Source: Spirochaetota bacterium (GTDB lineage Bacteria > Spirochaetota > UBA4802 > UBA5550). From it: DNA of 64,000 nt. The notes below the pieces were generated by a model. It worked only from the letters and a program-made list of their open reading frames with translations, made no database searches and was not told the origin of the DNA. Both the position numbers and the translations under genes were made by a program. The stretch is from positions 49,952-113,951 of the forward strand of contig JAKLIV010000001.1 in NCBI GenBank assembly GCA_022709405.1, in the 5' to 3' direction. This document shows positions 36,929-46,275 of this stretch, piece by piece (positions within the stretch are counted from its first letter, which is position 1; each line of letters begins with the position of its first letter).

Positions 36929-39900
36929 TGATATTTTCTAAAACATCCATCTTGATATCAAAATCATCACGGATCGCCATTGACGCGCTGTTCGGAAGCA
37001 GATCAAGGCACCACCAGATATTTTTAAATGCAGTTGAATACTATTTTGAAAATTCAAAAACCATCATGTATCTTGAATCATTTGTCGCGACACCAGGCTT
37101 CAACGATTTTATAATGAAAACTATAAAAACACCACCGAGTCGCCTACATATCATTTTTGAGGTTATTTTTGAATGTTTAAGGATCGGACGCGATCCCAGG
37201 GCTATTGTCTTGGCTGGTTGCCTGATAACATCTCAAAAATTCCAATATCTGCTTTCAACCTATTTCAGGCCCCCTAACGGACAACAGAACATTAAACGAC
37301 TCATGGAAGGAGTAGTAAACTATTTCATACGATCGCACACTAATACGAAAGAATTGAAAGGCCTGTTGTTTTCGAACGAATACGCACATTTACTGGAAAA
37401 TTACGAAAGCTATCCGGACGCACGAACATCAATAATAGACATGATATTGTATATCATGAAGGTAAAAGGATCAGCGGTATACGCCCGACAATGCGCCGAG
37501 ATACTCTCGGATGACTCGACCCGCAATCTTGTCCTCATGAGCGAAATTATCGGGACCAGGGATATTTTTCTCTCATCACTAACTTATGTATTTTCAAGGC
37601 AGCAGCACCCTGACCGGTTCTTTAATATGCTGCATATCTATCAAGAACACTATTGCCCTTCCCGATTAAATTCACCATCTGCAATAAATTCAAAATTTAG
37701 ACGTCTTGCCGATTTATGGCGCGTTTTTTTAAATGCCGGAGACAGCGATACCAGTACTATTGGGAAATTCATAACCATGTACGGGCATGATCGGAACGCC
37801 TATAAGAGATATATATGGAATATTGTTCTTGAAGCCGATCCTTCAACTTCGATGGAGGCCATATCTATCGTTATTTCGCAGGAATTCCAGGCTCTCTGCA
37901 AAAACTACATGAACGAAATAGATGCTGTTAAAATATTAATGCATAATATCATACAGGCCTTGAATATATCAGAAGGGAAGTACCGTAATGGCCTGATAAA
38001 AGCAATATTACGAACCAAGATTGATAAACAATCTCTTGCAAGGCGGGCCATATTTTTTGACTGGTTATTACAAAATGGGCGATCCCGTCGTATTGAAAAT
38101 GTTATAAATAATTATCTTTTTCATGAGCACATATACGATTCGCTAAGACGGGAATCGGGTACAGGAACTTGCAGATTACCTGAATTTTGCAATAAAGGAC
38201 ATAAATTATTTTGTCTTGTCATTGATAAGATACAGTCCAATTACGAAATCCCACCTGATATGCTTTTCAGGAGAATTATCACAAACATCCGGGATTCATT
38301 CTGGAAATCGGTGAATGATAAATTACCGGGCTTTGTCGGGAATATAAATGATATCAGGTCAATCGCTGAAATGGCAGGTTTAGAGGATGAGATTTTATGC
38401 GCCATGGAATCTATCAGAGATGAAGACTTAAAACACTACCATCGGAATCTTCTTTCAATATGGCTAAATTGCCCACGCTTTATAAAGAAAGCAGTTAGCC
38501 CTGACGACTGGTACAAGGTTGTATTCGCCGAGGCTCTCCCTTATTGCGTTGAAACAATTAGCCCAATAATCGGAATGATCAGTGTCCGCGAGTCAGGCGA
38601 CCAAAGGGCATTCACGAATGGCAAGGCTATTTATCTTCCGTCGTATGTTAAACTTTTCAATGATCCTTTCATGCCAATCGAATCAAACAGGAACCTGTCA
38701 ACATACATAGCATTAAGTCTTCATGAAGCAGGCCATATACTGTGCGGTTCATATCACTTCAACATCAGGGATTTTGTTAACAGCCTGGAGAGGCCTGATC
38801 TTTTTCGTTTGATCCATAACGTTTTTGAAGATTACCGTATTGAATCGTCTATCACCAGATTAAATATACATCCACAGGCAAGGGAGCTTTTTTCAATGGT
38901 CAATCGTAGCTATATGGAGAAAATGGGCGGCAGCAATATTTCTCCAGGAGCCTATTTTCTATTATATATCATGCACATGGCAAACAGTTACAATAATATC
39001 TCTCAAAATGTGGATTATTTCCCCGAAGCCAATGAATTTCTTGATATTGATTACTATTCAGGGGAGTTTAATGATCTTCATGAACTCGCGACATACGGAA
39101 TTAACTGCTTATTAAAGCTTGAAGTCGCCAATCCGCTTTCTGCAATAGTACTGGCTGAGAAATTTTATGATATCATGAAACACTGGCCGGATAATGCAAT
39201 AAACGGAATGTGCGAGACCATAATGCTGCCGCCTCCAGAAGTGATAAATGGCAGCCCGGGCAATAATTCAGAACCCCTCACGCGCGAACAACTGGACGAA
39301 CTTTACCAACTCTGCAACCGCGATATCGAATCTTTTCTCGATCGTCATGGCCTCAGAAAATTGCCTGCTTCCGAAGTAATGAATGGCGGCAACGAAAATA
39401 AATCAGAAAATTCATCAGGATATTGCATTCCTGATTATGAAATTCACGGGACTATTGACAAATCTACCAGAACACAACTGGATGACATTATAGCCGGTGA
39501 ACAGATTGAATTCAGGCCAAAGGATGATGAATGTGCGATCCTTGCATGGCGTCAGTCGAATATTCGAAAATCTGATTTATTGCAGGAAGAGGAGAGGAAC
39601 AGCCCATATGATATACTAGAAAAAAGTAAGATAAAACGAATCAAGGTCGGTTTAATATCTCAAACAAAGCTATCAGAATTAAAGGTGTTTAGTGTTAAAA
39701 ACATTAACTTGGCCTACCTCAAATTATTTCACCAGTGGGAACCGATTGTCAAGCGCGTATATGTAGAGCTATCACGTCTTATTCCTTTAATTGATGACGG
39801 GTATGAGATAACTTCCGAAGGAGATGAAATAGATAATGAACGACTCGTAGAATTATTAAGTGATCACAAGCATTGTTTCAATGCGCCCGATTTTTTTGAA

Positions 39901-40482
39901 ACACCCTCTGATGAAAGCAGGATTCCAGTTGAAGTATTAATTGGACTCGATGCCAGCGGGTCAACCATGGCAAGGATAAATAACGATGGTGCAACAATTC
40001 TGGACATAGAAAAGGCTTTCGCGATAATACTGGGCCGTGCATTGAGGTTTTTAACGCCTGACGTACGAGCATACGCTTTTAACTCACTAACTTCAACAAA
40101 CATATATCGCGCTGAATCATTCGAAGCAATATCAAGTTTCAAATCATCTGAAGGTAATCGTGACGGTGATTTCATACGATATCTGACATCACTGCTCAAG
40201 AAAAGTTCGGCTGAATCCCGTTTTATCTTTCTGCTTAGCGATGGAAAACCGAGTTCGATTAACTACTGGGGAACAGAGGCCATGGAAGACACACTTCTTG
40301 CTATGCGAGAGGCTGTCAATTCGGGGATCAAGCTAATATATTATAATTTCGATAGAAAAAAAAGCGACTATTTCGATATTCTTAAAAAAGAAGCCACCTA
40401 CGCAAGGTATTTTACTGACCCAACGCAGATTTTGCCAACGATTCCTGAAATGCTAAAAAGTATTACAACATCAGTGATTTGA
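36928..40482 (+). CDS. 1184-aa protein: unknown ~550-aa N-terminal region + metallopeptidase-like (HExxH) domain + C-terminal vWA domain
   Basis: 'AFTNGKAIYLPSY...LSLHEAGHILCG' is a DUF2201-like putative metallopeptidase pattern. 'VLIGLDASGSTM' is a MIDAS DxSxS motif about 230 aa from the C-terminus. The ATG overlaps the MoxR stop (TAATG). Confidence 0.75.
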   Translation: MIFSKTSILISKSSRIAIDALFGSRSRHHQIFLNAVEYYFENSKTIMYLESFVATPGFNDFIMKTIKTPPSRLHIIFEVIFECLRIGRDPRAIVLAGCLITSQKFQYLLSTYFRPPNGQQNIKRLMEGVVNYFIRSHTNTKELKGLLFSNEYAHLLENYESYPDARTSIIDMILYIMKVKGSAVYARQCAEILSDDSTRNLVLMSEIIGTRDIFLSSLTYVFSRQQHPDRFFNMLHIYQEHYCPSRLNSPSAINSKFRRLADLWRVFLNAGDSDTSTIGKFITMYGHDRNAYKRYIWNIVLEADPSTSMEAISIVISQEFQALCKNYMNEIDAVKILMHNIIQALNISEGKYRNGLIKAILRTKIDKQSLARRAIFFDWLLQNGRSRRIENVINNYLFHEHIYDSLRRESGTGTCRLPEFCNKGHKLFCLVIDKIQSNYEIPPDMLFRRIITNIRDSFWKSVNDKLPGFVGNINDIRSIAEMAGLEDEILCAMESIRDEDLKHYHRNLLSIWLNCPRFIKKAVSPDDWYKVVFAEALPYCVETISPIIGMISVRESGDQRAFTNGKAIYLPSYVKLFNDPFMPIESNRNLSTYIALSLHEAGHILCGSYHFNIRDFVNSLERPDLFRLIHNVFEDYRIESSITRLNIHPQARELFSMVNRSYMEKMGGSNISPGAYFLLYIMHMANSYNNISQNVDYFPEANEFLDIDYYSGEFNDLHELATYGINCLLKLEVANPLSAIVLAEKFYDIMKHWPDNAINGMCETIMLPPPEVINGSPGNNSEPLTREQLDELYQLCNRDIESFLDRHGLRKLPASEVMNGGNENKSENSSGYCIPDYEIHGTIDKSTRTQLDDIIAGEQIEFRPKDDECAILAWRQSNIRKSDLLQEEERNSPYDILEKSKIKRIKVGLISQTKLSELKVFSVKNINLAYLKLFHQWEPIVKRVYVELSRLIPLIDDGYEITSEGDEIDNERLVELLSDHKHCFNAPDFFETPSDESRIPVEVLIGLDASGSTMARINNDGATILDIEKAFAIILGRALRFLTPDVRAYAFNSLTSTNIYRAESFEAISSFKSSEGNRDGDFIRYLTSLLKKSSAESRFIFLLSDGKPSSINYWGTEAMEDTLLAMREAVNSGIKLIYYNFDRKKSDYFDILKKEATYARYFTDPTQILPTIPEMLKSITTSVI

Positions 40483-40584
40483 GCAAAAGATCGATATCAT
40501 ACATATCGATTTGATCAGTGATATTGTTATACAAGCAAAATTTTATAATAAAAGAGTTTAAAAACAATTACCGGGGGTAAACCG

Positions 40585-43500
40585 ATGAAGCCATATCTTA
40601 GGAGCAGCAATGCTCTTGCTTTTTTCCGTAGGCATGCTGAAGAGCAGAATGGGATCAAATCGGGCCAAAAAGTAGCCGGACATATTTCAGTAATTGAAAA
40701 ATATGCAGGGCAGGACGCAAAATCACGAGCATCGTTGAACGCGCTTTTCAGGGAGTTTCCCGGGATAAGGGAAAAGCAGGGTGAGGAAAAACTGCATCTC
40801 GTACTTGAACTCCTTTCACGCGGGGAATCACTGAACATACCCGCTACCAACATGATCTATGCAATCAGGCAATCGGCACGACTGCATTTCGGCAGGAAGA
40901 GCATGAATGAAGTTAGATGCGCATTTTACCTCATTATACCGGGAATACTGAGCAACGATGCCGCGACAGAAGGAGAGATAGACACTGTTGTTTACAAGGC
41001 GGACCGTTTTATAACGATGAACCGGCGGATGGTACTGGACGACAATGGCGGCAGATGCTCAAAATTGATCGCGGAAACCATACCCTGGGAGATCTGCGGG
41101 TCAATCGATATTGAAGATGCTTTTCTTATACTGCTGGGGCATATGGTTGATCTTGAATGGAACACAGAAAAACAGAGGAAAACTTTCATCGAGACAATAG
41201 CCGTAAATGCGGAGAAACTGAAGCTTTCATTTATAATTGATACTCTGAAAAATACACTGGAACAGTGGCCATGGCTCGGGAAAAAACGCTGTTCAGGATT
41301 GCGCATTTCGGTGAACACCTTGATTTTTGCATTAAAATCGAGCGTCAATTCAATATATTATGAAAACTCGCTGGTAATGCATTCTTTAAAGTATTTGATG
41401 AACAACTTCCCCTTATTCTACAGGGAAAACTACCTGCATACCATAGAATTATTTATCGAATTATCCCTTAATGCCGCAATTGCGGGGAAAAACCCGAGCC
41501 CGATAATGAAACTATGCCGGTACCTGATTGACCGTCACCCTGTCTTGAAAAACAAAAAGGGGGTTGAAATAATCACTCATTTGATCGAAGCGGCGATAGG
41601 GCAGGCAGGAATCGTATCATACAGCAACATGATAAGTTCAACATGCCGCATTCTAAATTTTCTAATCAGCGAGGAACGCGGGGATAACTGTAAGCGTGGG
41701 CGAATGGAAAAAAGCGACGAGTTGATTGCGCAAGCCGCAGTTTCCGGAGAGATCGGCCATCTCAAACCCCTGATCACCATGGCGCAGGAGGATGAGAACG
41801 CTCCCGGTTCGTCTGAGTTAAAAGAGCACATGTGCAGGTCAATTGAACTGATCGAGTATCTTCTGGAAAAAATAAAAATAAGCCGAATCGCACATGAAGA
41901 TCATCTCGATTACCAAAACGGCATCAAGGACGTTGTCGAACCATTCATTGCCGTGCTTAAAATGTTTCCGGCGCTCAGGGAGAAAAAAAATATAGAAAAC
42001 CTGTGCATCATCATGGACCTCGCGGTTAAATATAATGAAAAAAAATATGACGCATGGCAGCTTGTTGACCAAATAATATCACCGCTTTTAAATGATGACC
42101 CGTCGCTTGCGAAGGTTTCGGGCCTCGACCGGCTTAAAAAAACGTCCGACAAGGTAAGATTATTTCTCGATAAGAACCTGTTCCCGCGGGACATTGACGA
42201 CCTTGAAAGTGGGCCGGCAGCGTATCTTTTACGCATGCAGGAACTCCGGTATATTGAGCCCGATTTCTCTTCACCGGTCGACAGATTTCTCTATTATTTC
42301 CAGTTAGTTCAATCTTCTTCCAGAAGGATATTGTTCTCGGAATACACTATGATGCTCAACGAGTCAATGAACACCATTATCAAACCCATGCCTGATATTT
42401 TTAGCCGTGTCACTTTGACCGGCAACAAAATCGAATATGTCCGAAGGGACAACGAATCTCTGGAGCCGGTCAGGGAATTGCAGGAACATGTCATTCGGAT
42501 GATAGACGACCCGGAAATAACAATGAATCGGATAAGAAACCTGAAACAGATAGGCAAATCGCAAAAATCGGCGCTGGCATTAGTTCGGATATCTGATGAA
42601 AAAACGGCAAAAAAAATCGCCGCACATATTGCCATGCAGCTTTCTAAAAATTATCAGCCTGAACTCGCCTGCATATTACATGACCTGATTATCATGTTTT
42701 CACTATTTCATGAAACGTATCTATTAAAAGAGATACGTGAAAGCCGTGAAGAAGCCTGCGGGATCGCAATAAAGCAGCTCTATGAAGACCGCCTGTTTGA
42801 ATCATGTGATATGGTTTTGCCGGACGCGTATTTTAATTCTATTCTCGACAGGATCGCGACAACAGGAGGAGTTGTCATGACAGATGAAAAGCGGCAGGAA
42901 TTCCTCTCGTCACCCATTACCGGGAAAATAGCTATGGTACGGTCGGAACTAAAGACGCTGAACAGCCTGATAGCGGCATCGAAAAAAATATTGAGCATAC
43001 CGCAGATGGCCGAAAATGGAAGCCTTGACGAACGGAGTATGCTCATCGATGTCAAGTTCGCCATCGAAGGAAGGGGATTCGGCCTCGGTCTTTTTAGGGG
43101 TTTTATGGAATCAATTGTTCCTGCGCGCCTTGAAATTTTCGCACAAAATGACACAGTAAAATACCGTTTGAAGACCGGAAACCGCATACACGAACTTAGA
43201 AGTGATGGAAATTCACTGTTTATAAACGATAAAATATCCGCAGATAAAGATAATTCACATCACGCCAAGGCCGCCAGCATACTTGACGCGGTAAACAGTG
43301 CGTCTGCTTTAACCGAAAAAGAGCTGGAGCAGGCCGGGAAGATAGCACATTTGCTTAACCGGCACATACTGCCGCTTCTCGATGTGACCGACAGGAAAAG
43401 AATAAAGCAGATAAACAGAGCGCTTCAGTTCACGGCGAATACAACAGGCGATACCGAGGAGCTTCTTTTCGTACCAGCACGCGACCATTCGATGGTTTTC

Positions 43501-43959
43501 CGCGGAATGATCGGGAAAGACTGCTCTATGGGCAACACGCGACAGTTAAGCCAACCCGGCGCGTACTTCTATAAAATAATCCAGAACAGCATTTGGAAAG
43601 GGTACATCACCCTAATTGAACTCGAAAACCCGCAAGGCGAGAAGGCGCTGCTGTTCGATGTAATCAACGTCGATACCAATGAAAAGGTTGATTGGCTCGG
43701 GGTGTTTAACCGTTTCACGGAATACCTGTCGGGACTGGCCGTTAATCGAAAATGGCGGTATATTCTGTTGCCGGCACAATACACGTATATATCCAATTAC
43801 GATTATATACGTATGCCGATCGGTAAAGCCATGAGCGGTAAAAAAAGACTGCCAAAGGGTGATTTCACGCTCAGGGGAATAGAGTACCATGATAATCTTA
43901 AAACGGCTAAATTCCAGTCACTATCAGGGGACTTTATCGTTGTGTGGGAACGGGACTAA
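40585..43959 (+). CDS. 1124-aa hypothetical protein (orphan, third gene of the MoxR-vWA cluster)
   Basis: Long uninterrupted ORF, same strand, 102 nt after the vWA gene, with a GGGGG RBS. Predominantly helical-looking sequence. No catalytic motif recognised. Confidence 0.6.
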   Translation: MKPYLRSSNALAFFRRHAEEQNGIKSGQKVAGHISVIEKYAGQDAKSRASLNALFREFPGIREKQGEEKLHLVLELLSRGESLNIPATNMIYAIRQSARLHFGRKSMNEVRCAFYLIIPGILSNDAATEGEIDTVVYKADRFITMNRRMVLDDNGGRCSKLIAETIPWEICGSIDIEDAFLILLGHMVDLEWNTEKQRKTFIETIAVNAEKLKLSFIIDTLKNTLEQWPWLGKKRCSGLRISVNTLIFALKSSVNSIYYENSLVMHSLKYLMNNFPLFYRENYLHTIELFIELSLNAAIAGKNPSPIMKLCRYLIDRHPVLKNKKGVEIITHLIEAAIGQAGIVSYSNMISSTCRILNFLISEERGDNCKRGRMEKSDELIAQAAVSGEIGHLKPLITMAQEDENAPGSSELKEHMCRSIELIEYLLEKIKISRIAHEDHLDYQNGIKDVVEPFIAVLKMFPALREKKNIENLCIIMDLAVKYNEKKYDAWQLVDQIISPLLNDDPSLAKVSGLDRLKKTSDKVRLFLDKNLFPRDIDDLESGPAAYLLRMQELRYIEPDFSSPVDRFLYYFQLVQSSSRRILFSEYTMMLNESMNTIIKPMPDIFSRVTLTGNKIEYVRRDNESLEPVRELQEHVIRMIDDPEITMNRIRNLKQIGKSQKSALALVRISDEKTAKKIAAHIAMQLSKNYQPELACILHDLIIMFSLFHETYLLKEIRESREEACGIAIKQLYEDRLFESCDMVLPDAYFNSILDRIATTGGVVMTDEKRQEFLSSPITGKIAMVRSELKTLNSLIAASKKILSIPQMAENGSLDERSMLIDVKFAIEGRGFGLGLFRGFMESIVPARLEIFAQNDTVKYRLKTGNRIHELRSDGNSLFINDKISADKDNSHHAKAASILDAVNSASALTEKELEQAGKIAHLLNRHILPLLDVTDRKRIKQINRALQFTANTTGDTEELLFVPARDHSMVFRGMIGKDCSMGNTRQLSQPGAYFYKIIQNSIWKGYITLIELENPQGEKALLFDVINVDTNEKVDWLGVFNRFTEYLSGLAVNRKWRYILLPAQYTYISNYDYIRMPIGKAMSGKKRLPKGDFTLRGIEYHDNLKTAKFQSLSGDFIVVWERD

Positions 43960-44194
43960 AGAGAATTACAATCGTAAGGTTGTTTCAGTTCCAGTAAATA
44001 CTTTTACGACTGTAGCACAAACTGTAGCATAACTTCTTACATTTGCCTCCAGCGAATACCATAATTTTACACGAAACATAAAAAATACTTGCACAATCAG
44101 TACGATAACGCATAGTATTTCATCAAGAAACATTAAGAAGCAGCCGCATATCAGTCTGTTATTCGGATCACAGGCAGGAGGTCGATGGTTAATT

Positions 44195-45379
44195 CTATAA
44201 TTCATCGTATCCAATTGGTTTAAACAACGAATCCTGCACCACCTGTACCACGTCCCCCATATCATCAACATGATAATAATGCTGTGTCATCGCAGAGGTC
44301 AGGTGTCCGGTTAAACTCTGAATCTTATGGACAGGAACTCTGGCATTAATGAGAAGACTATTAAACCAGTGCCGCCATGAATGAAAGGTGATATTTCGTT
44401 CCCGACGCATCTGTTCGTTGATACCAATCTGTCTCATGGCGGTATAGAGAGAGCGGGTGAATACCTTCGGTTCTGCAGGTTTTCCCGGTGTCTTTTGACT
44501 GAAAAACACAAAGCTCTCCGGGTTATCCGGTTCAGGATTCATCTGCATAAGCTTAGAAAGTTCGATCTGGGTTTTAACAGGAAAAAAGATATTACGTACT
44601 TTCCCGGTTTTTGTTGTTTCATTCAGTCCAAAGAAATTATCCCATGACCGTCTCACATAAATGTACCCTTCATTAAGATGAATATCTGATAGGGTGAGTG
44701 CCTGTAATTCACCCAGCCGTAATCCGGTAGATGAGGCAAGAAGATTGCCGACATATCCCATATATAGCTCACGCGATGGATTGCAGTGTTTTGCCTCAGT
44801 TCTCCATTCCAGGGAAAAGAGTTGCCGTACTTCCTCAAGGGTTAGTATCCCTTTTAATTTTGGATTCATTGCAGCACGGTCAATCCTGGGCACAAATTGG
44901 ATTAATGACTGGTCTTCTGCGGCTTCAAGAATTGCCTTGAGAGCCGACAGGGTTTTATTGATAGTGTTGCCTGAATATCCCCTGTTAAAAAGGTCATTAC
45001 GGAGGTCTCGGATTACTGCCCGATCGATGTTGGTCAATCGCATAGACCCAATACGAGGTAAGAGATGGCTGTTCAGTATGTATGTCAGGTTGTGACATTG
45101 ACGTTTGCTGATTCGTAGCCCTCTGACTCGTTTATCCGTTGCCCAGGCGCCACCCCAATTGAAGAAATCCTTTGCATATTCTACAAGGGTAAGGTTTTCC
45201 CGGCGTACGATATTGCCGGCGTTCAAATACTCAATGCACCATCGTTCGGCAGCACCACGGGAAGTCTGTCCGGTGGTTTTGGCAACACTTCGGGTTCCAT
45301 CAGGGAGTCTGAATTGTGCGTAGTAGAAGCGGTTACGTTTGAAGATTGTGTAGGGTTTGCTACGGGATCCGTAATACAT
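44195..45379 (-). CDS. tyrosine recombinase / phage-type integrase
   Basis: C-terminal catalytic context: 'GLRLGELQALTLSDI', 'HSWRHWFNSLL', 'LTGHLTSAMTQHYYH' (R..HxxR..Y). GGAGG plus 5 nt precedes the ATG at 45379. Adjacent to the tRNA 3' end. Confidence 0.85.
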   Translation of the reverse strand: MYYGSRSKPYTIFKRNRFYYAQFRLPDGTRSVAKTTGQTSRGAAERWCIEYLNAGNIVRRENLTLVEYAKDFFNWGGAWATDKRVRGLRISKRQCHNLTYILNSHLLPRIGSMRLTNIDRAVIRDLRNDLFNRGYSGNTINKTLSALKAILEAAEDQSLIQFVPRIDRAAMNPKLKGILTLEEVRQLFSLEWRTEAKHCNPSRELYMGYVGNLLASSTGLRLGELQALTLSDIHLNEGYIYVRRSWDNFFGLNETTKTGKVRNIFFPVKTQIELSKLMQMNPEPDNPESFVFFSQKTPGKPAEPKVFTRSLYTAMRQIGINEQMRRERNITFHSWRHWFNSLLINARVPVHKIQSLTGHLTSAMTQHYYHVDDMGDVVQVVQDSLFKPIGYDEL

Positions 45380-45475
45380 CTTAACCTCCAAGCGAAAAGT
45401 GTGCTCACATGTTGCTCACACTTTACACTTTATATAGAGTTTTTTAAGATGCGCCGGTGGTCCGGTAGCCTCTTA

Positions 45476-45496
45476 AGTCCTGAATCATTCAGGACT
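45476..45496 (-). terminator. 9-bp stem-loop immediately 3' of tRNA-Val
   Basis: AGTCCTGAA-TCA-TTCAGGACT, a perfect inverted repeat 6 nt downstream of the tRNA 3' end. No U-run. Confidence 0.4.
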
Positions 45497-45502
45497 TCTA
45501 TT

Positions 45503-45575
45503 TGGGCGCTGACGGGATCGAACCGCCGACCCTCTGCTTGTAAGGCAGATGCTCTCCCAGCTGAGCTAAGCGCCC
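45503..45575 (-). tRNA. tRNA-Val: tRNA-Val (anticodon TAC)
   Basis: The reverse complement GGGCGCTTAGCTCAGCTGGGAGAGCATCTGCCTTACAAGCAGAGGGTCGGCGGTTCGATCCCGTCAGCGCCCA folds as a cloverleaf by hand: 7-bp acceptor stem, GCTC/GAGC D-stem, TCTGC/GCAGA anticodon stem with loop CTTACAA, GGCGG/CCGTC T-stem with TTCGATC loop. No encoded CCA. Confidence 0.9.
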
Positions 45576-45859
45576 GTTGTCGTTGTCGGTTCCAGCTCCT
45601 TCTCGGTGGACTTGCTCGGCTTGAAAGCGAGGGTCGTCTTTGCCGGAACCGAAATTTCTTTTTCTGCTATGGGCGAGTAGATGGTCCTCGCTTTTTTGTC
45701 CGAGGGATAAAAGGTGCCGAATCCCCGAATCTCGACCTTCTCTCCCTGGTCTATGCTTTCCCTGATCCTGTCCAGAAAATTGTCGATTATATAGAGAACT
45801 TCTTTACGCTTCATCCCGCTCTGGCGGGTGAGGCGCTCGACTATCTCCGATTTGGTCAA
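45566..45859 (-). CDS. HU/IHF-family DNA-binding protein
   Basis: 'KSEIVERL...KRKEVLYIIDNFLDRIRESI..GEKVEIRGFGTF...ISVPAKTTLAFKPSK' matches the HU/IHF fold signature. The last codons overlap the tRNA 5' end by 10 nt. Confidence 0.8.
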   Translation of the reverse strand: MTKSEIVERLTRQSGMKRKEVLYIIDNFLDRIRESIDQGEKVEIRGFGTFYPSDKKARTIYSPIAEKEISVPAKTTLAFKPSKSTEKELEPTTTTGA

Positions 45860-45871
45860 GGGATTGTTCTC

Positions 45872-46156
45872 CTAAGCCTGTTGCTTGATCTGCGCGTTTA
45901 CTTTCTTGGCAAGTCTGGATTTTTTCCTGGATGCGGTCTTTTTTTGTATTACGCCTTTCTGAACCGCGGAATCGATGGTTTTTATGAAACTTTTCTGGAG
46001 CAGCTGTAGCTCGTCTGCGCCTTTGCCTTCTTTCTGGTCGAGGGCCCTGGCGATTTTTCTCGAGGCTGTCCGTACCGATGACTTCACCTGGACGTTTTTC
46101 TTCCGGTTTTTTTCGTTCTGCCTGTTTCTTTTTTCCTGTGATTGAATGTTAGCCAC
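45872..46156 (-). CDS. rpsT: 30S ribosomal protein S20
   Basis: 'MANIQSQEKRNRQNEKNRKKN...SFIKTIDSAVQKGVIQKKTASRKKSRLAKKV' is the typical bS20 sequence. GTG start preceded by GAAGGTG. Confidence 0.9.
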   Translation of the reverse strand: MANIQSQEKRNRQNEKNRKKNVQVKSSVRTASRKIARALDQKEGKGADELQLLQKSFIKTIDSAVQKGVIQKKTASRKKSRLAKKVNAQIKQQA

Positions 46157-46210
46157 AATTACACCTTCATATTTTCTTATTTGGTCCGTTCCCGACCAAT
46201 ATGGATGGCA

Positions 46211-46239
46211 AATATGTAATTACTTGCCCGAACTGTCAA
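46211..46239 (-). promoter_or_regulatory. candidate sigma70-type promoter for rpsT
   Basis: On the minus strand: TTGACA (46239..46234), 17-nt spacer, CATATT (46216..46211), with an A/T-rich tract upstream. About 50 nt upstream of the rpsT start. Confidence 0.4.
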
Positions 46240-46275
46240 CAAAATTTATTCAAAAAATGGGACATACGCCCGCTT

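Noticed and set aside
40490-40510. AT-rich 8-bp hairpin (ATCGATAT-CATAC-ATATCGAT) after the vWA gene, as a possible terminator
   Set aside because: The stem is weak and AT-only with no clear U-run. The third gene of the cluster follows closely, so it is probably not a functional terminator.
44009-44029. Direct repeat ACTGTAGCA x2 downstream of the integrase gene, and the TGCTCACA x2 motif at about 45400-45425
   Set aside because: These could be recombinase arm sites or operator sites. They are too short (8-9 bp) to distinguish from chance without comparative data.
1-45400. Prophage interpretation of the island
   Set aside because: No capsid, portal, terminase, tail or lysis genes were recognised. 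The content is helicases, nucleases, regulators and membrane modules, so an integrative defence island fits better.
1-45500. Second att site (direct repeat of the tRNA-Val 3' segment) inside the window
   Set aside because: Reading the intergenic regions by eye (2469-2977, 10528-10789, 18271-18394, 20312-20456, 23657-23938, 43960-44194) found no copy of GGGATCGAACCGCCGACC. A computational search is needed to be sure.
45314-46009. 231-aa + strand ORF
   Set aside because: It runs antisense across tRNA-Val, the HU/IHF gene and rpsT, all of which have strong independent support.
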